Assembly (NCBI GenBank): GCA_016871805.1
Contig: VHCG01000014.1
Coordinates: 1,205 to 65,204 of the forward strand
Length of the DNA: 64,000 nucleotides
Origin: Verrucomicrobiota bacterium
GTDB taxonomy: Bacteria > Verrucomicrobiota > Verrucomicrobiia > Limisphaerales > UBA9464
Direction: 5' to 3'
Part shown: in pieces, positions 20,139 to 30,500 of the stretch
How positions within the stretch are numbered: position 1 is the first letter of the stretch
Layout: the number at the start of each line of letters is the position of its first letter
Position numbers and translations under genes: made by a program
The notes under the pieces: generated by a model
Told to the model about the DNA's origin: nothing
What the model saw: the letters and a program-made list of their open reading frames with translations, nothing else
Database searches by the model: none

Positions 20139-21940
20139 CCCCGGACCCCAATCCTACGTTGGCCCCGGTCCGCGGATTCCTCCGGGGAATCGCTCTGCTG
20201 GCGCTGTTCCTCGGCACCCTCGGGCTCCGTGCCTGGGCCGAACCGGCCTTCCATGCCGAACTGGCCCCCGACACCGTGGGGGCGGGCGACTCCGCCATGC
20301 TCCGATTGGTCTTCACCGATCTCGGTGACGTGGAGGCTCCGACGCTTCCGGCGGTCACCAACGCCACGATCCGATACCAAGGCGCCTCGCAGCAGATCTC
20401 GATCGTCAACTTCAGCCGCTCCACCTCGCTCATCCATCAATATCAGGTCCAGACCCAGAACCCGGGTCTCGTCCAGATTCCGGCACTGTCCGTGGAGGCC
20501 GGTGGTCAGACCTACACCAGCGCACCGCTGACGCTTCGGGTGGGCCAGGGGTTCGACATATCCCGCATCGGATTTCTGCGACTGGTGGCGCCGAGACCCG
20601 AGGTCTATGTCGGCGAAACCTTCCCGGTGGAGATCCGGTTCCACTACCGCGAGACCCCGGCCCGACAGGCCCCGCCCAGCCTCAAGCTGGACGGCTTCAT
20701 CAAGGGCCAGCAGACGGTGGAGAATCTCCCGCCCGAGACGATCACCAACCTCCTGTACTCGGTGGTGCGTTGGAACATCGCCCTCACGGCGGTGAAGGCC
20801 GGTGATCTCAGCCTGGGACCCGCGGAGTTCCAGACCCTCTACGTCTTCCAGACCCAGCGACGGTCCCGGGGGATGAACTCCCTTTTCGAACCCCTGTTCG
20901 GGGGTGGGGAACAACGGCAGCTGACCTTCCAGAGCGAGCCCTTGGCCCTGAAGGTCCTCAATCCGCCCACGGCCGGGCGACCGCCGCAGTTCGCAGGGGC
21001 CGTCGGTCAGTTCCAGCTGGACGTCACCGCGTCCCCTACCAACGTCGCTGCCGGGGACCCGGTCACGATCCGGGTCGACATCACCGGCCGGGGAAACTTC
21101 GACGCGCTCCGCCTGCCGGACCTGCCCGGCGGGTCGGGATTCCAGCTGTATCCGGGCACCAATTCCTTCACGCCGAATGATCCCCTTGGACTTTCCGGCA
21201 AGAAGACCTTCGAGGCCGTGATCATTCCGGAATCCCCCGGAGTCCACAGCCTGAAGTGGCCGGTGCTTGCCTACTGGGACCCGTCGACACGGGCCTATCG
21301 CTCGGACGCCGACCATCCGCTCTCCATCCACGTGCGTCCCGGCGCCCAGTCCCAGGCGCAGCCGGTGGGAACGCTTCCGGGACCGGCCGAGCCGCGGACC
21401 CCACCCGACTCCGTGAGCCCAAAGCTCGAGCTTCCGCTGATTGCCGATCTCGGTCCGCTCTTGGAGCCATCACCGTCCTCGGTGACCCAACCGTGGTTCT
21501 GGTGGGTTCTCACCTTCCCGCTCTGGGCCTATGCATTGGCCTCATGGGTGCCGACCTGGAAGCGGCAGTGGCGCGAGAACCGACGGCCAACGGCCCGAGA
21601 AGAGGCGGAGCGACGGCTGGCGAAGGAGGCCCATTCCATGCGCGAGGCTGCAGGCTCCGGTCGCGCGACCGACTTCCTCCTCCATCTCAACAAGACCCTC
21701 CAGTCCCGGATCGAACTCTCCATGGGTGGGGTGGCCGGATCCCTCACGACGGAGGAGATCAACCAGAGGCTGGCCCTCGCCGGACTGGGTCCCGAGGAAG
21801 GACTCCGGGTCAGGGCGTTGTTGGATCGGATTGCCGAGGCCCGCTTCTCACCCGATTCCTCGACCGAGGAGATCTCCAAGCTCCTTGCCGAGACCGAGGA
21901 GGTGCTCAGGATCCTCGAACGCCTGTCACGACGCGCATGA
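20132..21940 (+). CDS. batD: BatD-like oxygen-tolerance protein
   Basis: 602 aa with a signal peptide, a beta-rich periplasmic region, a C-terminal TM segment and a cytoplasmic tail. It sits in the BatD position and overlaps batC and batE. Confidence 0.75.
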   Translation: MVTPDPNPTLAPVRGFLRGIALLALFLGTLGLRAWAEPAFHAELAPDTVGAGDSAMLRLVFTDLGDVEAPTLPAVTNATIRYQGASQQISIVNFSRSTSLIHQYQVQTQNPGLVQIPALSVEAGGQTYTSAPLTLRVGQGFDISRIGFLRLVAPRPEVYVGETFPVEIRFHYRETPARQAPPSLKLDGFIKGQQTVENLPPETITNLLYSVVRWNIALTAVKAGDLSLGPAEFQTLYVFQTQRRSRGMNSLFEPLFGGGEQRQLTFQSEPLALKVLNPPTAGRPPQFAGAVGQFQLDVTASPTNVAAGDPVTIRVDITGRGNFDALRLPDLPGGSGFQLYPGTNSFTPNDPLGLSGKKTFEAVIIPESPGVHSLKWPVLAYWDPSTRAYRSDADHPLSIHVRPGAQSQAQPVGTLPGPAEPRTPPDSVSPKLELPLIADLGPLLEPSPSSVTQPWFWWVLTFPLWAYALASWVPTWKRQWRENRRPTAREEAERRLAKEAHSMREAAGSGRATDFLLHLNKTLQSRIELSMGGVAGSLTTEEINQRLALAGLGPEEGLRVRALLDRIAEARFSPDSSTEEISKLLAETEEVLRILERLSRRA

Positions 21941-22716
21941 ACCTCCCGCCACGACGCCATGGGTTCCTCTTGGGATTCCTTCTCGGACTCCTCCCCTGGC
22001 TGCTGCTGGGCGCAACCAATGGCCCTGGACGGGGATCCCCGGAATCCCTGTTCCAACTCGGAAACCGTGAGGTAGCGGCGGGCAACTACACCAATGGGTT
22101 GGCTTCCTATTCCGGGGTGGCCACCGCTCCCAGAACCTCCGCGGCGCTCGAATACAACCGCGGGGTGGCCTGGTCGCGACTCGGCGAGGAAGGCCGGGCA
22201 CTCGCCCATTGGCGGATGGCTGAGCGGCTCGACCCGCGAAACCCACTCGTGGCGACAGCCCTTCGTCGACCCGGGGGTGGAGGCAGCATGCCAAATGAAG
22301 AAGGCGACCTGCTGCGAGGGACGGATCGCCTGACCCTCGACGAGTGGGGGATCCTAGCACTGATCCCTACCTGGTGCTGGGGTAGCCTGCTGTTTCTCCG
22401 ACGCTGGAAACCTGCGGCCGCGGTGGCGCTACGGGGCTACACCCTCGGCCTTGGAGTGATCAGCCTGGTTGCGCTTGGAGTCCTTGGGGTAGCCGTATCG
22501 CGAAGGAGCCTCGGCCCGGATGCCTTGACGTCGAATCCACAGACCCCGGTTCGGATCAGCCCGCTCGATGAGGCCCGGACGGCCTTCGAGCTTCCAGCGG
22601 GGACCCCGTTGAAGACCCGATCGTTCCGCGAAGGTTGGTATCTGGTGGCGGACCCTCGAAACGAACGCTCCGGCTGGGTCCGCGCCCAACACTTGACCCG
22701 CCTGCCACTCCGGTGA
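21937..22716 (+). CDS. batE: BatE-like TPR plus SH3 membrane protein
   Basis: The start MNLPPRRHGFLLGFLL is at an ATGA overlap. A TPR-like segment is followed by a C-terminal SH3-like segment, EGWYLVADPRNERSGWVRAQHL. Confidence 0.65.
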   Translation: MNLPPRRHGFLLGFLLGLLPWLLLGATNGPGRGSPESLFQLGNREVAAGNYTNGLASYSGVATAPRTSAALEYNRGVAWSRLGEEGRALAHWRMAERLDPRNPLVATALRRPGGGGSMPNEEGDLLRGTDRLTLDEWGILALIPTWCWGSLLFLRRWKPAAAVALRGYTLGLGVISLVALGVLGVAVSRRSLGPDALTSNPQTPVRISPLDEARTAFELPAGTPLKTRSFREGWYLVADPRNERSGWVRAQHLTRLPLR

Positions 22717-22770
22717 AAGCCGTCTCACCCGGGACTTCCGCCCAGGGTTTGTTTGGCAGAGACTTTGTCC

Positions 22771-23505
22771 ATGTCGGTGTATGAGGATTACCTGACGGGC
22801 GTCCAGCGTCAGATCGACGAGGTGACCCGCAGCCAGAGACCTGCGATCGAGACAACCTCGCGCTGGGTGGCGGAGGCCCTGGTCCGAAAGCGATACCTCT
22901 TTGTCTTCGGGACCGGCCATTCCCACATGCTCGCCGAGGAACTGTTCTACAGGGCCGGGGGACTCGCGCGGGTCATTCCCATCCTGGACGAACCCCTCAT
23001 GCTCCACCGCTCTGCGACACGATCGACGGATGTGGAGCGACAGACCGGGTATGCAGACCAAATCCTGAGCCGCTACCCGATCGAAGCCGGGGACGTCCTG
23101 ATCGTGGCCTCCAACAGCGGGAGGAACGCCGTCCCGATCGAACTGGCCCAAGGAGCGCGATCCAAAGGCGCGCGGGTCGTGGGCCTGACAAGTCTCCAGC
23201 AGACCAGCGCCTGGCCTTCACGACACCCGACCGGGCTCAAACTCAAGGATGTCTGCGACCTCATCATCGACAACGGCTGCCTCGACGGTGACGCCGGAAC
23301 CGTCGTCCCGGGGTTGGAACAAAAAATGGGACCGACCTCGTCGGTGATCGGAACCCTGCTCATGAATCTGATCGCCATCCAATCCGCATATCTCATTGTG
23401 AGTCAGGGTCATGACGTGGACGTGTTCGTCAGCAGTAACACGCAGGGAGATGGACACAACGCGGGTCTTGTCGCCGAAATCTCCACCACCAACCCTCACC
23501 TGTAG
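22771..23505 (+). CDS. SIS-domain protein (UPF0309-like sugar isomerase fold)
   Basis: FVFGTGHSHMLAEELFYRAGG...GDVLIVASNSGRNAVPIELA. The ATG at 22771 is preferred over the TTG at 22753. Confidence 0.75.
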   Translation: MSVYEDYLTGVQRQIDEVTRSQRPAIETTSRWVAEALVRKRYLFVFGTGHSHMLAEELFYRAGGLARVIPILDEPLMLHRSATRSTDVERQTGYADQILSRYPIEAGDVLIVASNSGRNAVPIELAQGARSKGARVVGLTSLQQTSAWPSRHPTGLKLKDVCDLIIDNGCLDGDAGTVVPGLEQKMGPTSSVIGTLLMNLIAIQSAYLIVSQGHDVDVFVSSNTQGDGHNAGLVAEISTTNPHL

Positions 23506-23611
23506 GCATTTCGTCGGGCCCCATCAGGCACGGGTCAAACATTGCCTGGGAACCCTGACGGACTAGGGAAAAACGCCTACATGAGGGTCGAAGAAGACCC
23601 GAAGGAATTGG

Positions 23612-23641
23612 TTGACCGCGTGGCAGTTCCGAGTCTATAAA
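23612..23641 (+). promoter_or_regulatory. Candidate sigma-70-type promoter (TTGACC, 18-nt spacer, TATAAA)
   Basis: The hexamers are at 23612-23617 and 23636-23641. A strong RBS (AAGGAGG, 23649-23655) precedes the ATG at 23670. Confidence 0.5.
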
Positions 23642-23669
23642 GTCAACCAAGGAGGATTTTGGATTCCTA

Positions 23670-24284
23670 ATGAAACAGCTCGTGAACATGAAAACGTCCA
23701 TTCTGAAAACCGTCTCCATCGGAGCAATCGCGGCCTCCGCCGCCCTTCTGTCCCCTGCCGTCGCGTTGTCCCCCGAGGTGGCCGCCGTCATCTCCAAGGA
23801 CATCGCCTCCAGTAAAGTCGTCGAGGTGCCTGCAGCCGTCGCCAAGGCCATCACCGGTGCCTCGAAGGAGGATCGCTCGGTGGTCGCCACGACCGCTGTG
23901 GTCTCTGCGATCAAGTCCCACCCCTCCACCGTGGCTGCCACGGTGACCGCAGCCGTCAAGGCCGCACCCGAGGCGGTTGACGCAATTGTTAACGCCGCCC
24001 TCGAGGTCGCCCCGAACAGTGCGCTGACCATCGTGAGCGCCGCCGCTGAGGGAGCTCCTGAGCGCGCTGACCAGATCGCCGCCGTGGCTTCGAGGAAGAT
24101 GCCGACCCGCTCTGCCTCCTTCGAGCGCGAGGTCGCCTCGGTCCGCGGTCGTCGCCTCGTCTCCGCCGCTGCAGGCCTGACCTCCGGTCAGGTTCAGCAG
24201 ACCCCTCTGAACATCCCTCCAAGCGCTGCTCCGGCCTCCGTGAACTCCTATGCAGTGTCCGGCGGCGCCTCTGGCCGGCCTTGA
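23670..24284 (+). CDS. Secreted alanine-rich repeat protein, function unknown
   Basis: It has a signal peptide (MKTSILKTVSIGAIAASAALLSPAVA) followed by roughly 15-residue periodic units (V.AA...AP.....I). Confidence 0.7.
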   Translation: MKQLVNMKTSILKTVSIGAIAASAALLSPAVALSPEVAAVISKDIASSKVVEVPAAVAKAITGASKEDRSVVATTAVVSAIKSHPSTVAATVTAAVKAAPEAVDAIVNAALEVAPNSALTIVSAAAEGAPERADQIAAVASRKMPTRSASFEREVASVRGRRLVSAAAGLTSGQVQQTPLNIPPSAAPASVNSYAVSGGASGRP

Positions 24285-24312
24285 TTCGGAGTTCGAGATT
24301 CTTATTGAACAG

Positions 24313-24344
24313 GGCCCGCCATCCGGCGGGCCTTTTTCTTTTCC
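24313..24344 (+). terminator. Rho-independent terminator
   Basis: GGCCCGCC-ATCC-GGCGGGCC followed by TTTTTCTTTT. Confidence 0.8.
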
Positions 24345-24504
24345 GGATTCAAGTCGGGATCGACCACAGGGTGAGTCTGGATCTGCCTCGTCTTTTGGGA
24401 GTGCCGATCAGCCCGGCGATCCACCGAGGCAACGCGAGGGCCACCGGTCAGCCCACGGAGAAATCCAAGGGCTGGTCCCGCTTGCCATCGCTGGGTTCAG
24501 GAGA

Positions 24505-27500
24505 TCAACGCCTTGGAGGCGCCACTTCGCGGATGGCAGCACCTTGGTCCTCGCCCAGGACAAGGAGGGCAAACCGCTCCACCGATGAAACCTCGGAGGG
24601 CTGGATGGCCTGGTAGGTCCCAGGCTCCGCAGCAGCCGTGACCGGAACGGGGCGACTGGTTGGATCCTCGTTGAGGCTGGAATAATCAAAACGCCCTCTG
24701 AGATCGGTGTAGCCATCCCTGTAGAATCGGATCACCCCTCCCGGGAGTCGGGCGAAGACCTTCACATAGGCCTTCGGGATCCCCTTCCCGGATCCGGATT
24801 CCCCGACATCCAGGTATCCATGGTTCTCCGCGACCAGAAGTTCAAAGGAACTGGAGTGATGAGCAATGGCGCGACTGCGCCCCCCACCCACCACCTCCAC
24901 CAGCACATTGGCCTTCACGAAACGGTAGGGAAGCGGAATCTCCATGGACTCCCTGCCCTTCGCCAACCGGACCACGAGAGACTCCGTCGGCCGGATGATC
25001 CCAAACCGGGCGGAATCCTGGGTCGCAAAGGGACTGCTGCTGAACAGGAACTCCGGATCCATCAGATAGAAGTTGATCCGCACCTCAGCCAGGTTGCGCC
25101 AGGAAAGCTGGAGCGCCTTGCCCGAGACCTGGAACTCGAAGGTGGATTCCGCAGCTGCCAGACGCGCCTCCTCCCGATCACGGTCATCGGGTCCGACACT
25201 CCGATTGCCCCCGCGTGCCTCGACCCCATCGATCTGGGCGAGGACCTCCCTGAACCGGGTGCGCCAACGGTCCACCGGATGGTCGGCATGACGCTTGGCC
25301 ATCGACCTTGCCCCCGACAGATCCGATTCGTACAGGCTGGCGTAGCATTTGACGTAGTCGTACTGCAGCCGGTTGTCGACGGCCTCCGGATTGACGGCCT
25401 TGAGCCGAGCCAACGCCTCCTCGACCCGGTCCTGGAGAAAGAGATGGTAGACCAGCGCCAGGTTGTCCGAGGGACTGAGGGACTTTCGATACGAGAGAAT
25501 GCCGAACAGCCTCTGGTACTGGGCCCGCTGGGCTGCGTTGTCGATACGGCGTTCGGCACCGACACGGTGGGCACGTGGATTCGTGAGCGGTGCATACTCG
25601 AGATGCTCGTAGGCGTGCCGTTCAACGGGATCAATTACGAGCACTGGGCTTTCCAGGGCGTCACCACACTGGGCGATGAACCCGTCCTGGTGCCTCAGCC
25701 ATTCACGGAGTGCCAAGGTGTCATTGTGCACCAGCCCATACCGGAATACCGGCTCACTCCAGACATGCCTTTGAACCAGCAGAGCAGTCAGCTTCCTTAG
25801 GAATCCAGAACTCTCACGACAGCGCCATGCCACCCGCTCCAGATCGATGCGGGCGAGATTGGTGGATCCAAGGTAGGCAAACACCTCATCCTCGCTCCCC
25901 TGCTGGGAGACATAGTCCCAGGTGGTCTTGTCGACTACGCTGAGCCGTCGCACCGCCTGGAACACGGTTGGCACCGCAGCTCCCACAGACCGGTCGGCCA
26001 TCGACGCCCGGGCAGGCATATGATGACGATCCGCCTCCGGTGCCGGGAAGTAGAACTGGTACTCGAAGGTCCGGGTTGAATAGGGCTCCAACCGGGTCAA
26101 CCGGCTCCAGGTGGACCGGCTTCCGCTCAATGGAAGGGCGCCCTGGGGGATCTGGGTCAGCAGGTCGAGCCTCACGGGATCGGCCTCCGGATTGCTCACA
26201 ACAACCCGCGATCCATAGGCGACCCCACTGAGAAACTCACCGGTCACGGGACGCGGGCCCCGGTCTGCTCCGGGCGGGCCCTCCTGGGATCCCGGACGGA
26301 AGAACGATTCGCTGACCAGGATGCGGGCTCCCTTTCCTTCGGCGGTCTCCAGTGCGGGCTGGACGCGTCGACGGAAGACGAGGGCAGGACCCGCCAACTG
26401 GATCCGGACCCGGGTGCCGGTCCGCTCGATCTGATGCCGTGGAGCCTCGAACGGAAGATCCAGAAGCGCCAGGGCGACGAACATCTCCGCAAAATTCCGA
26501 TGCGCCTCAACGATCCGGGGCGACACGAACGGTGCCTTCCCATCCCATGCAGCGACATCACGCCAGAATCCATTCACCGGGATCATCGAGGCCTCCTGCT
26601 CCCGAAGCGGTCGATGATAGTAGTTGTTCTCCGCCCACTCGCGGGTCGGACCCTGCGGCTGATGGTAGGCCTGACGCACCACGTTATCCCGGAGCCGTTC
26701 CACCTCCTCGCCACGAAGTTCCATCAGCGCCCTCGAATCGCCGGCTTTGCGAAAGTACAAATCCGTCTCGGCCCTTCCATTCTTGGACTTGGACCGTTCC
26801 AACAATTTGTTGTCCTGGAGGGCGAGGGAATCCCTTCCGAAAAGACGGGACTCATTCCGGTCCAGACCCCGTCCCCCCCGTCCCCCTGCGATAGCCCCAA
26901 ACGAATCGACCGGTCCATCAAAGGCCACCGGCATGTTGCCGGTCGGGAGCGCCGTCAGGGCCTTCGGCTTGGACGCCAGGTCGAGTGACCGGCCACGGAG
27001 CGCGGTCTCGAACCACTCGAGGGACTGCTCCGGATCGGGTTTCTGGTTCTCCCAGAGTTCCTGCAGATGTCGACGTCCGGCCTCCGATTCCCCGGGCAGC
27101 TGACGCGTCAACAATGCCCGCTCCGCGGCGTTGAGCCTCCCATAGGACCAGGGTGACAGAAACCGCGTCAGATCGCGGCCCAGCAGCAGGTCATCGAGGA
27201 ATGTCGGATCCTTCTTGTTCCGGAGATAGGGCTCCACGACGTCCTTGAAGAACTTCGGGTCCTTCCGGCTGAGGAAGAGATTCAACTCGTGGCAGGCGAA
27301 TTCACTGTAGCGGCTCCGACGTTCCTCGGCGGACAGCCCGGGCCAGCGGAGGGCCCATTCGAATTTCTCGAGGCTTGGATCGCCTCCGCTGAGGGCGAGC
27401 AGGAGTCCATGAATCGAGGACAGGGTGTCGTACATCTCGAAGTCCTCCACGGTGATGTCCGGGATCTCGATCACAGCCCCTGCCTGCAGGGCGAGCGACT

Positions 27501-30500
27501 CCCGCATCTCCGTCATCGGCCGGGAGGGATCGAGCGGCTCGGCCAGGCGCATGTCCCGGAAAGCGGTGGTCCGCTCGGGCAGCCGGATTGTCCTCCAGAC
27601 AGCATCGGTGAGGTTCTCCACATAGACCTGAACCACGGACCGGTCGCCAAGCTCCGTCACGGGAACCCTGACGACTCCATTGGTGTCGGGGCGAAGGTTG
27701 AAGAGTCCCGGTGCCGGCCGAGCGAGGAAATCGAGGCTGGACTCAGGTTCAGGCGCCACGCGTTCCGCCGCTTCGCGCTTGAGGGCCGCGGTGCGGGGGA
27801 GTCCCTCGACAGCCCCAGCCATCGCCTGCGGGGCCTCGGTAGCGGTCAGGGCCGACGTGCCCGACTCCGTGGTGCGCAGTTCCCAAGGGTTCAGGATCAG
27901 ACCCGGTCTCTGGAGCAGATTCCCGGGATACTTCGCGGCATAGCGCCGTTCGAGAATGTACCGATATTCGTCTCCGATGCGCCTGCCGCTCGTATACAGG
28001 TTGGGCAGCCAGTCCGGCGTCGCCAGGCCCAACCCGGGACGGGAGAACTCCCCGAGGTCCGTCCAAAGGCCCCCGACCGGGTCGAAGCGCGTGGCGACGA
28101 CATGGACCCGGGTGAAGGGATCCCAGTCCGACAGTCGGATCGACAGGCCGTCCGCGGAGGCTTCCGTCGAGACGATCCTAATGGATCGTCCTACACGTCG
28201 TTCGATCGATCGGCTGGCACCCACGACCCAATCGCCCACCGGCTTGCCGGCGACGATCCGGATCGGGATGGGACCGGAGGAGCTGGGCTGCACCTCGAGG
28301 GAATAGTCACCAGCCTCGGGTTGTCCAAGATCCAGGATGCCGTCCTTCACCGCGATCCGTGCGGAATGGTCCGCAACGAAAATACCGCCACGCAGCTCAA
28401 GCAGGGATACGGAGCGAGCCTCCGCCCCCTCGGGCAGGGGAATCTGGATGCGTTCAGCGGCCGCGACCTGAATGCCCTCCGGCCACGTCTGTTGTGACTC
28501 CATCAACGGCCACACCCGTGCGGGACCTCCGGGCAGTTTTGCGACCACCTGTCGGACCCCTTCGAGGGTGCCGAGCTGGATCCGTCCGGATTCATCCGAG
28601 CTCAGCGAGAGCACCTCGGGCTGCTGGAAACCGCGGCGGAAGATCTGAACCTCGACGATCTGATCCGGGATCGCCTCACCATTGCGGCCGAGGATGTCCA
28701 GGCGATGGGCCCCAACCGTCGGTGTGAGGAAGACATCGGCGATGAGAGCCGTCCTCTGAATGCCATTCAGGGTCCAGTCCCTCTGGGCCTCGAGACGGAT
28801 CTTCTGGCCCACCTGGGTCAGCGAATCCATCTCGCCACGGAGTTCGACCGTGAGACGGGCCAGCCGGTTGGGTGTGCGTATGGGGTGGAGGAACAGGCTT
28901 TCCGTTTCCAGCTTCAGGGAGCGGATTTCTGCGGTGGACACCACGCCATCGAGGGTTTCGGTCCGGAGCGTCAACCTGGGATTCCTGAGAAGCCCCAGGG
29001 CCACCGGGGTCTTTCCGGAAAACAGCGTGGCCCGCACCGCCAGAGTGGCCTCCTGTCCCGGCAGCACCTGTTCACGATCCAGATGGAACCGGGCCTCGAG
29101 CCGATAGGTCTCTGCAGGATGGTCGAAGGAGACGAGGCTCGCGAACGCCGCATCGGCATCGGCCAGCACGAGCTGCCGGCGGCCGGGTTCCCGGGTGAAC
29201 GGAATCAGGATCCGACCGTCCTTTTCCGGATCGAAACGGCGCCCATCAAGCCATGCTGAAACTCCCCGGAGCGGCTGGTGTGCCTCGTCGATCGGGGTGA
29301 TCCACTCCCCGGCTGCGCCGGTCTGCTGAACGAGTGAGTATTGCCCTTTGCGAAGGAGGGCCCTTGAGGATCTCCCGCCGGCGATGACCTCGACGATCCA
29401 GGCTCCTCGACGCCCCTTAAGCTCCGGAAATCTCAGGGTCTTGACCACCCTGCGGAATGGCGAGGCATCCCCGCTGAGCGTCTGCTCGGAATTGGCGACG
29501 AGGCCGTCCAGATTGAGATCCGTGTTGAGCTGTCGGTTCTGCGTGGTGAAGAAGCCGAGCGTGTTGATCTCGAAGAGTCGAACGAGGACCTGGGGCGCGT
29601 TCTTCAGGACCACATCGAGTGAGACCTCCTCCGCAGGGGACAGCACTACGGGACTGTTCGCAGGAAACTCCACATCGACCCGGTCACGCAGCAACTGATA
29701 CGCAGCGGGAGAGAGAAGCGAGGCCCACCGTTCCGGGTCTGGTGCGCCCGCTGTGATCTTGGCCTCGGCGAACACCGGCTTGAGCCAGTCCTCGTTCAGC
29801 CACTCCGACCAAGGCTCCCACGACACATCCTCCCGGGCGAACTGCAACAGGTAGTCGCGGACCAAGGCGTCATCCGATCCGATCGGCCCCGAGCCGATGA
29901 GATCGAACGTCGCATTGAGGTCGACCCCTCGACTCTGCGCCTGGGACTCCTCGAGGAACCGAGGGCTCATGTAGACCGCCGGACGAGGCAGCTTGAGATA
30001 CTCGATGAACCGGTTGCGGTCCCACCCCCCCCTGGAGCGGTCGAAAACGAGACGCGCATGGAGGATGTGGGCCTTGAGAGAGTTGAATGAGGACGGCAAT
30101 GGCTTCACGGCACTCCAGAGCCGCTCCAGCCACGCCTCGCGGACCTGTGGTTCCATCACCGGGCTGGAATCCGCCGAGGGGGCGAGCTTCCGGAGTCGGG
30201 TGAGAACGAATTCCGGCTGCCGGCCGAGTTCAGGCATGGCCTTCTGCAGGGCGTCCAACTGGTCGGGCAGGAGCTGCCGGTGAAGGGCATGCTGTCCCAA
30301 ACCACGGCTTCCCGAGGCCTTGAGATCGGCAACAACAGCGTCGACCAGCCCCGGCAGGTCGGGACGCTGGAGCTGTGACAGGACGTGACGGCGCTGGGCC
30401 GGATTGAGAGGCACGCCATCACGGAGAAGCGAGGGGTACTCGGAAGGATCCAGTCCCTCGAGTGCATCACGCTCAAGGACCTTCCGCAGGAATTCCGCCC

